Below are positions 52,227-61,405 of a DNA stretch of 64,000 nt, piece by piece. This stretch comes from Lutibacter sp. (GTDB lineage Bacteria; Bacteroidota; Bacteroidia; Flavobacteriales; Flavobacteriaceae): positions 103,344-167,343 of the forward strand of contig NZ_JAEINV010000006.1 in assembly GCF_016342705.1 (NCBI RefSeq), written 5' to 3'. A program made the translations under genes and the position numbers. How positions within the stretch are numbered: the stretch's first letter is position 1; each line of letters opens with the position of its first letter. Below the pieces are notes generated by a model. The model had not been told where the DNA came from. It saw nothing but the letters and a program-made list of their open reading frames with translations, and did not search any database.

Positions 52227-52362
52227 ACTTACAACATTTTTTATATGATTGGTGCTACTGGAAAATCAGAGATTTATTGGACGTAGCAAATTGTTTCTTC
52301 CAATTTTCTCAGTTCGTTATTTATATTAAATGTGAGCATAAATTTTAGTAGGTTTTGGCAAT
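52227..52362. repeat. attC-like element E4
   Basis: CAAC..TTATATGATTGGTGC..CTGGAAAATC.GAGATT..CGTAGCAAAT..GCATAAATT; 136 bp; right core TTTGG. Confidence 0.7.
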
Positions 52363-52367
52363 AGTTT

Positions 52368-52904
52368 TTACCAATCTTTCTCTTTATTAGTTGTTTTTCC
52401 AGAGACATAATTATAAAACGAAAGGGATAATTCATTCATAGTTTGTTCTAAACTTGGAACAGCATCCACATACGATTTTCGTATTACACCGTCTTTTTTA
52501 TAAAAAGTCCTGTAATCGTAAAGTACTTTTTGTCCACCGGCTATAAAAAACTGACCAACGATATATTCAAATCGATATCGACCGTCCTTAAAAGAAATTT
52601 CAATGGAATATTCCATATTATAGGAATTTTGAATTCCCATTGATTTGTACCACCAAGCATTAGAAGCAAAACCATCAATTCGAATTTTTTCGTTTTCAAT
52701 ATTTGCCTTTAAAACTTTGTTCGGATTTTTATAGGTTTCTTGAACCCAGTTGAGTGCTTTATTATAAAGTTCAGCAGTACTTATATCGTCAACTTCAATT
52801 ACAATTGGTTCGACACCGTTTGGTGTTAATTTCAATTGAGGGATTTCTTGTCCAAATGACAAGTTTGATAAAATTATTGTTACTGTTAAAAGTAAATTTT
52901 TCAT
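52368..52904 (-). CDS. DUF4468-like exported protein
   Basis: Signal peptide, ELYNKALNWV..Y.NP..V, I.I.FKDGRYR. Confidence 0.7.
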   Translation of the reverse strand: MKNLLLTVTIILSNLSFGQEIPQLKLTPNGVEPIVIEVDDISTAELYNKALNWVQETYKNPNKVLKANIENEKIRIDGFASNAWWYKSMGIQNSYNMEYSIEISFKDGRYRFEYIVGQFFIAGGQKVLYDYRTFYKKDGVIRKSYVDAVPSLEQTMNELSLSFYNYVSGKTTNKEKDW

Positions 52905-52914
52905 TTTTGTTTAT

Positions 52915-53040
52915 TTAGATTGTCATTGAACCATTTCGATAAAGGTTACTATTTTTTTTCTTTTTCCCTTCATTCAACTGGACTCTTTGTTGTTTTGTTG
53001 TTTTAGGAATCACCAATTTTGGATTTTCACTTATGCTCAT
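52915..53040 (-). CDS. 41-aa small ORF
   Basis: Manual translation MSISENPKLVIPKTTKQQRVQLNEGKKKNSNLYRNGSMTI fills the gap between two co-oriented genes. Confidence 0.3.
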   Translation of the reverse strand: MSISENPKLVIPKTTKQQRVQLNEGKKKKNSNLYRNGSMTI

Positions 53041-53078
53041 TTTATCTTTTTGTCAATTTTTATAGAGATTCAAATTGT

Positions 53079-53516
53079 TTATGGTTTTTCCCAAATTCCA
53101 TTTTCTCTTATATGGCTTTCTAAGTTTTCTGATAAAATTAATAAATCATCGTTATTCAATGATTTTACAAAACTTGATTGTGTATAAGGTCTAAAACCAA
53201 TTATTTTTTTATAATCTTCATTTTTATAAATCTCAAATACTTTTAATATATCTTCCTTCTTTATATTTGATGGGCTTATTCCTTTTAATTGAATTGTATT
53301 AGTTAAAATTAACCATACGTCATAGGCAAAAACATCTGTAAGCTTATTTGGTAAAGGTGTACTATTTTTCAATCTGTAATCATAAGTTTCAATTATACTA
53401 TTGTCAGAATTAGCAGAAGCTTTAAAATTTTCTATTTTTAATAAAATATTTTTATTAGAACAATTAATAAATAATAAACTCATCAATATTAATAGTATTA
53501 TATTTGATTTTTTCAT
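53079..53516 (-). CDS. Hypothetical lipoprotein
   Basis: MKK..hydrophobic..INC lipobox. Confidence 0.65.
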   Translation of the reverse strand: MKKSNIILLILMSLLFINCSNKNILLKIENFKASANSDNSIIETYDYRLKNSTPLPNKLTDVFAYDVWLILTNTIQLKGISPSNIKKEDILKVFEIYKNEDYKKIIGFRPYTQSSFVKSLNNDDLLILSENLESHIRENGIWEKP

Positions 53517-53560
53517 CGCATTTTATTTTAGAAAGTTTAAATTATAGTTTTTAATTTTTC

Positions 53561-53690
53561 ACATTGTTAGCAACTTCTACTAACCAAACAAAAATAACAG
53601 TTTACATATTTATAACTTTACGGTTATCCGTATTGTATACCTATTTATTCATTTTTATTTTTTTAAAACAAAACGTATGAATACGTATAA
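53561..53690 (-). promoter_or_regulatory. Putative attI/Pc-like head of the array
   Basis: Lone GTTG core at 53574-53571, TATTTTTG -7 box (53596-53589), palindromes at 53619-53632 and 53673-53686. Confidence 0.45.
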
Positions 53691-54124
53691 TTAGTAAAAA
53701 AAGAAATACACCAAAATAGTAGTGGTAAAAATTAAAGTGCAGGGTGAACCTTCTTTATGTTTTGAATGTTCATAATTTTAACGGAAAATAACATGGTACC
53801 TCAGTAAAATTTAGTACTTTTTACCTTATAAAGTTTATTTTAAAAATCTACTCCTAAAATAGTCACTTTATAAATTATCTACTATTTTTTTAAATTAGTT
53901 GTACATTTATTTTAAAGTAAATGTACATATATTTTAATAATAATTGTACAATTATTATTTACAATCACAGGTGCTTTTACAAGAAAGTACGGGTGCTTTT
54001 ATAAAAAAGACGAAGTGTTTTTGTAAAGTTTTATAAAGGCCTTTATATATTTTGCTAAAAAAGTTTCCTTATTAAACAGCAAAGCACCTAAATAACGTAT
54101 TCATAATGAGATAATAAGCTGTAT

Positions 54125-55360
54125 TTATTCAAACTTAATTGCTTTTACTGGGCTTATTTTAGATATAATAATTGTTGGAATTATAAGCATTAATAAACAT
54201 AAAATTAAAGTACCAAAATTTAAGAGGATTATATACCCAAAGTTTAAATAAATTGGTGCTTCACTTACATAATACGTTTCAGGGTTTAAGGTTATTACAC
54301 CAAAATATTTTTGAATGAATAAAATTGATAAACCTATTAAATTTCCCCAAAACAATCCTTTTACAATTAAATAAGCGGCATTGTACAAAAACACCTTTCT
54401 TATACTTACATTGCTCCCTCCTAGCGCTTTAAGAATCCCAATCATTTGGGTTCTTTCCAAAATCAGCACTAATAAGGCTGTAATCATATTAATGCCTGCA
54501 ACTAAAATCATAATTACAATTATTAAATACACATTATTATCAAAAAGGCTAATCCATTCAAAAATAGCAGGATATTTTTCAACAATACTTTCACTATTTA
54601 ATGTAGAGCCCGTTTGCATATAAATTTCGTGACTTTTAGGTATAATTTCATCAAAATCAGTAATTAACACTTCAAAACCTCCCACTTCATCATCATTCCA
54701 TCTATTCATTTTTTGAATATGTCTAATGTCACCTATTACAAAACTTTCATCAAACTCCTGAAAACCGGAATTATAAATCCCCACAATTTTTACCACACGA
54801 ATCCACGGTGCTTTTGTTGGATCATTTTTTACAAACAGAATGTTAAATTCATCTCCTAATTTCAATGCCATTCTATCAGAAATTACTTTTGATATTAACA
54901 CATCATTAGAAACTTCACTGTCATAATTGGGTAATTTTCCTTCCACTAAGTACTCTTCAAAAAAGCTCCAATCGTACTCGTTGGCCACACCTTTTAAAAT
55001 AATGCCTTCAAAATCAGTGGCAGTTCTAATAATTCCCGCTTTTGTAGCAAAAACCTGCACATTTTTAATGTTTGAAACTGTTTGAAAGGTTGGATAAAAA
55101 TCTTGTTTTTTTGAAACCGGAATTAAGGTAATTTCAGAATTATTATTATCAAAATTAGTAATTTGAACATGTCCGTTAAAACCTGCTAATTTTTCACGTA
55201 TTTTTTGTTGTAAGCCAATTCCTGTTGCAATGGCAATCATCATAATAATCATTCCTAAGGCAATTGCTATAATGGCAATTTTTATTATTGGAGATGATAT
55301 GCTACTTTTATACTTTTTAGCAGCAATAATACGTTTTGCAATAAATAATTCGTAATTCAA
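54125..55360 (-). CDS. LolC/E (FtsX-like) ABC permease
   Basis: MNYELFIAKR, ILERTQMIGILKALG, four-TM architecture. Confidence 0.88.
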   Translation of the reverse strand: MNYELFIAKRIIAAKKYKSSISSPIIKIAIIAIALGMIIMMIAIATGIGLQQKIREKLAGFNGHVQITNFDNNNSEITLIPVSKKQDFYPTFQTVSNIKNVQVFATKAGIIRTATDFEGIILKGVANEYDWSFFEEYLVEGKLPNYDSEVSNDVLISKVISDRMALKLGDEFNILFVKNDPTKAPWIRVVKIVGIYNSGFQEFDESFVIGDIRHIQKMNRWNDDEVGGFEVLITDFDEIIPKSHEIYMQTGSTLNSESIVEKYPAIFEWISLFDNNVYLIIVIMILVAGINMITALLVLILERTQMIGILKALGGSNVSIRKVFLYNAAYLIVKGLFWGNLIGLSILFIQKYFGVITLNPETYYVSEAPIYLNFGYIILLNFGTLILCLLMLIIPTIIISKISPVKAIKFE

Positions 55361-55368
55361 TTTTATAT

Positions 55369-56616
55369 ATGATTTCTAAACCGTTCAAAAATACATATTT
55401 CTTCTTGTTTTCTTTCGTGTTTTTTATGTTGTTTTCTTGTAAACCAGCAAAACCAATAAATTCGGATGCCGAAATGGAAAAAAATGCTGTAGAAAATGAT
55501 TTAAAAGGAAAAAAAGTAATTGTAACGGGTGCACAACAAACCTTTGTTTATTTGCCTACACTACTTTCTAAAAACGTTGCTATTGTTGCTAACCAAACCT
55601 CTGTTATTTTTAAAGGTGGAACTCAACATTACACGCATTTGGTAGATTCTTTACTTTCATTAAATATTGCTATTAAAAAAGTATTTTCACCTGAACACGG
55701 GTTTAGAGGAACTGCAGATGCCAGTGAATTTATAAAAGATGGTGTGGATACCAAAACGGGCGTTCCTATTGTTTCTTTATATGGAAACAATAAAAAACCT
55801 ACGCAAGAACAGCTACAAGGAATTGATGTCGTAATTTTTGATATTCAAGATGTTGGCGTTCGGTTTTACACCTACATTTCTACCTTACATTATGTAATGG
55901 AAGCGTGTGCTGAAGCCGGAATTCCTGTACTTGTGCTAGATAGGCCAAATCCAAACGGACATTATATTGATGGGCCAACCTTAGAAATGGAGCATAAAAG
56001 TTTTGTTGGAATGCATCCTGTTCCGTTAGTGTATGGAATGACTATTGGAGAATATGCAAGGATGATTAATGGCGAAAATTGGTTGAATACGCCCCAGAAA
56101 TGTAACCTAACTGTTATTCCTTTAAAAAATTATACCCACAAAAGCTTGTACCGTTTACCTATTAGACCTTCGCCAAATTTACCAAATGATGTGGCTATAA
56201 ATTTATATCCAAGTTTAGGTTTTTTTGAAGGAACTACTATAAATGCTGGTCGTGGAACTGAATTTCAATTTCAAAGATATGGTGCGCCATTTTTCCCTGA
56301 AAATGATTTTAGCTATACGCCACAACCCAATTTTGGTTCTAAACATCCAAAACATGAAGGAAAGTTATGCTACGGTGTAGATTTAGCAGACACCGATAGA
56401 TTAAGCAAAGTAAATATAAACTGGTTGATAGATGCCTATAAAAAAACACTTGCTTCCGAAACATTTTTTGGTGCTTCATTTACTATTCACGCAGGAAATA
56501 CCAACCTTGAACAACAATTAAAAGACCAAATTTCTGCGAAAAAAATACGTGAATCATGGCAACACGACATACATTCTTTTAAAAAAATAAGAGAAAAATA
56601 TCTGCTGTACGATTAA
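55369..56616 (+). CDS. DUF1343 / NamZ-like exo-beta-N-acetylmuramidase lipoprotein
   Basis: FSPEHGFRG, DIQDVGVRFYTY, LDRPNP, PSPNLP. Confidence 0.88.
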   Translation: MISKPFKNTYFFLFSFVFFMLFSCKPAKPINSDAEMEKNAVENDLKGKKVIVTGAQQTFVYLPTLLSKNVAIVANQTSVIFKGGTQHYTHLVDSLLSLNIAIKKVFSPEHGFRGTADASEFIKDGVDTKTGVPIVSLYGNNKKPTQEQLQGIDVVIFDIQDVGVRFYTYISTLHYVMEACAEAGIPVLVLDRPNPNGHYIDGPTLEMEHKSFVGMHPVPLVYGMTIGEYARMINGENWLNTPQKCNLTVIPLKNYTHKSLYRLPIRPSPNLPNDVAINLYPSLGFFEGTTINAGRGTEFQFQRYGAPFFPENDFSYTPQPNFGSKHPKHEGKLCYGVDLADTDRLSKVNINWLIDAYKKTLASETFFGASFTIHAGNTNLEQQLKDQISAKKIRESWQHDIHSFKKIREKYLLYD

Positions 56617-57058
56617 ATAAAACGCATTATACATTGAAAGAGATCCAAAACTTGTATATATTCAACAAAATTCCGTTCATTTAAGAAATCTACAGAATCA
56701 TATAACGTAATTTATTACTCCATTACCTACCAAATACTTCTTTTTCTAGCCATTGGATTTTTTTTCTGAAATTCAATTAAATAGGTTACCTATTATTTAT
56801 AGTGTTTTTTTATTTATATCTAACGCTTAAAAACTTTATGTAATTACAATGCTCAAAATTATGTAAGTAACTACACACCTCTTTTATTTCTTTTTAGAAA
56901 ATTTATAGTGGTAAAAATCAATGAGAAAAATATTAATTCTTCTTATTTATAATATCCTACATTCTTATTAAAGGCTTTTAACCCTAATTTAAAAAAATAA
57001 ACAAAAATATTTTAATTTTAAACACCTTGTAAATCAACTGTTTGGATTGTTTTTATAA

Positions 57059-57128
57059 ACAAATGGTAAGTTTTTTATAACAAATGGTAGATTTTTCTTG
57101 TTTTGTATTATTTTATTTTTTACATTTG
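57059..57128 (+). promoter_or_regulatory. Direct-repeat operator plus -7 box (copy 1)
   Basis: ACAAATGGTA at 57059 and 57080; TACATTTG at 57121. Confidence 0.6.
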
Positions 57129-57261
57129 AATATCAATAATTAAATAAAAACCCAATAATTTAACCCCAAACACAAATAAATCAACCCTAATTATTTAAAC
57201 CCCAAAACCCCAAAGACAAATAAATCAACCCTAAATTTCTAAACCCCAAAACCCCTCAAAA

Positions 57262-57765
57262 ATGAAAACTTCATTCCTTAACCTCCTAGCCCTATTCGCT
57301 GTTTCTACCATTTTATTTTCTTGTTCTCCAGCAGATGATGGTATTTATTTTGAAAATAGTGAAGTTGTTAATACTACTAATGTCACTTATACTACTATGG
57401 AAAATGACATTTTAGCTTTAGTAAATGCCCACAGAACTAGTTTAGGATTAACTTCTTTAGCACCGTTAGATATCATTTCTGGCGTAGCTGATGGACATAC
57501 AGAATACATGATTGAAGTAGGTAGTGTTAATCATGATAACTTTAGCCAAAGAGCTCAAAATTTAATGGATAATGCTGGTGCAAAAACAGTTGGTGAAAAT
57601 GTAGCTTACGGATTCAGCACCGCTGAAGGTGTTGTAAATGGTTGGTTAAATAGCCCGGAACACAAAAGCATTATTGAAAACCCAAATTATACACATTTTG
57701 GAATTTCTACAGAAACTAATAAAGAGAACAGAAACTATTTTACTCAGATTTTTATTAAAAAATAA
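57262..57765 (+). CDS. CAP/SCP domain lipoprotein, copy 1
   Basis: Lipobox FSC; NAHR, H..YM, GENVAYG, WLNSPEH, YTHFGIS, YFTQIF. Confidence 0.9.
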   Translation: MKTSFLNLLALFAVSTILFSCSPADDGIYFENSEVVNTTNVTYTTMENDILALVNAHRTSLGLTSLAPLDIISGVADGHTEYMIEVGSVNHDNFSQRAQNLMDNAGAKTVGENVAYGFSTAEGVVNGWLNSPEHKSIIENPNYTHFGISTETNKENRNYFTQIFIKK

Positions 57766-57816
57766 AACAAATTCAATTTTTAAAAGCATTTATCTCTAAC
57801 CCCAAATATTCATATT

Positions 57817-58008
57817 ATGAAAACAACCTCAACAAAAGCAACCATATTAAAATCTCATTTAACACTCATTAAAAGTGATTTTATAAGTAAAATAACAAAA
57901 ATAGATAACACTACTAAAAGGATATACATAAATACATTAATGCCAGGTTTTAATTATACAAACCACTTAGGTGAATTAATTACTCCTAAAAAATGCATTT
58001 TATTATAG
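57817..58008 (+). CDS. Small hypothetical protein, copy 1
   Basis: 63 aa; C-terminal 29 aa identical to copy 2 despite synonymous changes. Confidence 0.7.
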   Translation: MKTTSTKATILKSHLTLIKSDFISKITKIDNTTKRIYINTLMPGFNYTNHLGELITPKKCILL

Positions 58009-58214
58009 GTTGAGTTCTAAAGTTGTCCCCACAAAAGCAGTAATTAACTGGTGTCGTTCCCACAACGGTAGTTCTAAAATAATAGAGTTTCGTTCCCACA
58101 ACGGTAGTTCTAAAAAAAAATAAAAACAAAAAAATCAAATACATCTAAAAACAACATAAGAGGAAAATTTAAGTTTAATTTTCCTCTTATTTAAAATATT
58201 TTTCTGGGTTAATT

Positions 58215-58273
58215 AGGGAAGTCTATAATTTTGTAAGGGGTTACAAAATTCATAAATGACTTCCCTTTTTTTT
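58215..58273 (+). terminator. Nested hairpin with U-tract, copy 1
   Basis: AGGGAAGTC/GACTTCCCT plus T run; inner 10-bp stem with GGGG loop. Confidence 0.65.
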
Positions 58274-58301
58274 AATTATTTAAGCTCCCCTTTTTATAAA
58301 C

Positions 58302-58382
58302 CTATTGCAGTAATTTCATCTTTAAATCTTCCACAATATAATAAGTTGCCATACAAATTTCTATGTTTTTAGTGGTTAAGCT
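58302..58382 (-). pseudogene. 3' remnant of a ykgJ-family gene
   Basis: SLTTKNIEICMATYYIVEDLKMKLLQ* vs NLTVKNTEICPAAYHIVEALKLKLPQ* of 62701-63198 (17/26 identical). Confidence 0.75.
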
Positions 58383-58407
58383 AAAAAACTATTCAATTAA
58401 AATTGTT

Positions 58408-59793
58408 TTAATCCTTTATTTCAACAACGGTAACTTCCCCATATTTTTCAGCAATAGTTTTAATTTCGGTTGCTTTTCCAACTAAAACAAATTGTAAATT
58501 TTCTGTTGGAAAATAAGTAGCAATTATTTCATTGGCTTTCACCAAGTTTAAACCATTAACATTGTTTTCAAAATTATTAATAAATGAAGCATCAAAATTA
58601 TACCAAAACATTTCTGTAAGCAGTCTTGCTAATTGATCGGTAGTTTCATAATCTGGAGGGAATTGTCCTTTCACATAATTTTTAGCAGAAGTCAATGCTT
58701 TTTCATCAATTCCATTTTGGTGTAAGGCTTTTAAAACTTCCAATGCTTTATCTATGGCTTCTTGCGTAGTTTCTTTCGCTGTAAAAGTGCTTATATAAAA
58801 AGTTCCTGCATTTTTTAAGGTACTAAATCTGCTACTTGCGCCGTATGTTAATCCACTATTTACACGTAATTCATCGTTTAACATAGAGGTGAATCTTCCT
58901 CCAAACAATGTGTTTACAACACTAATAGCAACATAATCTGGGTTATTTCTACTAATTCCTGTTGAACCTATATAAAAGGTAGTTTCGTTAGCATCGTCTT
59001 TATTAACTAATATCACCTTGCTTTTAGAAGGCTTTTTAACAGTTTCTACAAAAACATTTTCTCTAACACTATTGGTTTTCTTCCATTTTGAAAACAGTCT
59101 TGTTAGTATAGTTTTCATTTCTTTTTCTGAAAAATCTCCAACAATACTAATAGCACTTTCATTTGGAAAGTAATTGTTATTATAAAAATCTTTTACATCA
59201 TTCACTGTTAAATTACCAACACTTGCAATTGTACCACTTATGGAATTTCCATACACGTGATTGCCATAAATTAACTTTTCAAAATACGTTCCAATAACAG
59301 CTCTAGGACTTTCCTTTTTCTGCTCTAATTCTACTAACAATCTACTTTTCTCTTTTTCAAATTCTTCGGCATTAAATGTAGGATTTAACATAATTTCTTT
59401 CAGGATAGTTAAAACTTTTTCTGAATCCTTTGCTGCAAATTTTGCTGATACGCCTGCAAATTCTTTGGATGCGTAGGTATTTATATTTGCACCAATAAAA
59501 TCTATTTGTTCATCAATATTTGCTTTTGAAAAATTTTGAGTTCCGTGTTTTAAAGCCGTAGCTGTGAGTGAAGCCAATCCTGCTTTATCCGCATCATAAA
59601 TTGCTCCAGCTGGAATAATTGCCGATATACTAATTACAGGAACATCGTGTTGTTCCATTAAATTAAAAGTTAAACCATTAGGCAATTTAAAGGATGTATA
59701 TTTTGGTAATTTGTAATTCTGCGCAACTAAAGAAATATTTGTACTTACCAACAAACAAAATAGTGCTACTGTTTTTATATTTAAATATTTCAT
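58408..59793 (-). CDS. M16 peptidase, non-catalytic subunit
   Basis: LPNGL, M16 architecture without HxxEH, RVNSGLTYG. Confidence 0.85.
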   Translation of the reverse strand: MKYLNIKTVALFCLLVSTNISLVAQNYKLPKYTSFKLPNGLTFNLMEQHDVPVISISAIIPAGAIYDADKAGLASLTATALKHGTQNFSKANIDEQIDFIGANINTYASKEFAGVSAKFAAKDSEKVLTILKEIMLNPTFNAEEFEKEKSRLLVELEQKKESPRAVIGTYFEKLIYGNHVYGNSISGTIASVGNLTVNDVKDFYNNNYFPNESAISIVGDFSEKEMKTILTRLFSKWKKTNSVRENVFVETVKKPSKSKVILVNKDDANETTFYIGSTGISRNNPDYVAISVVNTLFGGRFTSMLNDELRVNSGLTYGASSRFSTLKNAGTFYISTFTAKETTQEAIDKALEVLKALHQNGIDEKALTSAKNYVKGQFPPDYETTDQLARLLTEMFWYNFDASFINNFENNVNGLNLVKANEIIATYFPTENLQFVLVGKATEIKTIAEKYGEVTVVEIKD

Positions 59794-59795
59794 AA

Positions 59796-61109
59796 CTATT
59801 CTTCTACATTTGTTTTTAATACACCAACTGTTCTATTACTTTTTGAAAAATATTTTTTTGCAACATTTTGCACATCTGCTATGGTAACTTTATTAAAATT
59901 TTCTGGAGCGTTAAACATTTTTTTATAATCGCCAAAAAACACTTCATACGTTCCAATATTGTTAGATTTTCCATCAATGGTTTCAATTTGATTATAAAAC
60001 TCCATTAATTTTTGATTTTTTACTTTTTGAAGTTCAGCCTCACTAACTCCCTCATTTTTTATCTTTTCAATTTCAACATAAAATGCATTTTCAATAGCAT
60101 CAGATGAAACATTATTATTAGCTACCGCATATATATTAAATAAATTAGGATCAAAACTATTTCCATAATCTGTGAAAACAACAGTTGCCAATTGCTGACG
60201 ATCCACTAAAGAAGCATACAACCGTGAAGATTTCCCATTTGAAAGAATGGCACTTAAAATTTTTAAAGCATAATAATCTTGGTGTTTAGATTCTGGTGTT
60301 TTATAACCAATCATTATATACGGATTTGTTACTTCCCGTTGCACTGTAATTCTTCGTTCACCGGTTTGTTTTGGTTCTACAATATGTACTTTAGGTGGTG
60401 CTGGCTGTGCTGAAATTGGTTGTAAATACTGCTCCGCCAACCTTTTAACTTCTTCAAATTTTAATGCACCAGATACTACAACAACGCAGTTATTAGGAGC
60501 ATAGTAGGTTTTAAAATAGCGTTCTAAATCTTGTTGTGTCCAATTTTTCATATCATCTTCATAGCCAATTACTGGCCAATGATATGGGTGCTCTTGAAAT
60601 GCTGTAGCTTGAAGTGATTCCGATAACAATCTCCAAGGAGAATTTTCTAAACCTGTACTTCTTTCACTTAACACCACGCCTCTTTCGCTTTCAACCATTT
60701 CAGGATCAATACTTAAACTAGCAATTCTATCACTTTCTAAATCAAAAATAACTTCTGTTGCGGATGCTGGAAACCAATTGGTGTACACCGTAACATTTTC
60801 TGTAGTATAGGCATTATTTGCACCACCGTTGTATTCCATGGTCTGATCAAAAAGTTTTGGACCATATTTTTTAGCGCCATTAAACATCATATGTTCAAAA
60901 AAATGAGAAAGTCCAGTAATTCCCTGATATTCATTTCTACTACCAACTTTATAAAATAAATACATATTGGCATTAGGAATGGAAAAATCTTCCACTACTA
61001 AAAATTTCATTCCGTTTGTTAATGTAAATGTTTTTACATCATCTGCTTTCATTTGAGCTTGGCTGGTATAGACAGCCAAAAACAATATAAAAATTACTAT
61101 TTTTTTCAT
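59796..61109 (-). CDS. M16 zinc peptidase, catalytic subunit
   Basis: YKVGSRNE..GLSHFFEHMMF (HxxEH), NAYT, ERGVVLSE; ATG 61109 preferred. Confidence 0.9.
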   Translation of the reverse strand: MKKIVIFILFLAVYTSQAQMKADDVKTFTLTNGMKFLVVEDFSIPNANMYLFYKVGSRNEYQGITGLSHFFEHMMFNGAKKYGPKLFDQTMEYNGGANNAYTTENVTVYTNWFPASATEVIFDLESDRIASLSIDPEMVESERGVVLSERSTGLENSPWRLLSESLQATAFQEHPYHWPVIGYEDDMKNWTQQDLERYFKTYYAPNNCVVVVSGALKFEEVKRLAEQYLQPISAQPAPPKVHIVEPKQTGERRITVQREVTNPYIMIGYKTPESKHQDYYALKILSAILSNGKSSRLYASLVDRQQLATVVFTDYGNSFDPNLFNIYAVANNNVSSDAIENAFYVEIEKIKNEGVSEAELQKVKNQKLMEFYNQIETIDGKSNNIGTYEVFFGDYKKMFNAPENFNKVTIADVQNVAKKYFSKSNRTVGVLKTNVEE

Positions 61110-61405
61110 AAAAAGTTTAATTACCATAAAACATTTAACGAAGTAACGAAATAATTTCTTTTTATTAGATAATTTTTCTAAATGAGTCAGCAATTTTATT
61201 CTAAATAATAATGCAGTCTCAATTAAATTTTACGCCATTTTATTAAATATGGAGCACTACTGACAAAAGAAAAAGGTATTATTTAGTTGTATTTATGATA
61301 TAAAAACTCTTTTTAAAGACTATTTAACCCTTATTTTAATAAAATAAAGAAAAATATTTTAATTTCAAAAGCCTTGTAGATCAACTGTTCTGACGTTTTT
61401 TATAA

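Larger units (their letters stand above)
56970..58382 (+). repeat. Direct repeat copy 1 (~1.4 kb module)
   Basis: Aligns to 61315-62781 at offset ~4399; left boundary approximate. Confidence 0.9.

Noticed and set aside
49346-52362. E1-E4 as a CRISPR array
   Set aside because: Repeats are about 135 bp, the intervals are 0.3-1.2 kb and contain genes, and no cas genes are present.
49346-52362. E1-E4 as simple terminators or IS ends
   Set aside because: No GC stem with U-tract, no transposase, no target-site duplications seen; cross-element end complementarity fits site-specific recombination better.
52987-53187. 66-aa + strand ORF within cassette D
   Set aside because: TTG start, antisense to the lipoprotein and the 41-aa ORF, low-complexity composition.
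53640-54125. Integrase gene or remnant next to the array head
   Set aside because: No ORF of 60 aa or more, and no recognisable R-H-R-H-Y recombinase fragments on either strand by eye; a tBLASTn is needed to exclude a highly decayed remnant.
1529-54623. Many 60-110 aa ORFs in the track lying antisense or out of frame within real genes (e.g. 1529-1747, 9473-9715, 13411-13722, 25414-25749, 46253-46591)
   Set aside because: Shadow ORFs fully overlapping well-supported CDSs, with no motifs of their own.
56640-56800. Possible decayed gene fragment on minus strand after the NamZ-like gene
   Set aside because: Protein-like stretches are interrupted by stops and shifts and match no family I can name.
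58020-58115. 36-nt periodic repeats as mini-CRISPR or type III toxin-antitoxin RNA
   Set aside because: Only three short motifs with ~11-nt linkers, no cas genes, and no toxin ORF after the terminator.
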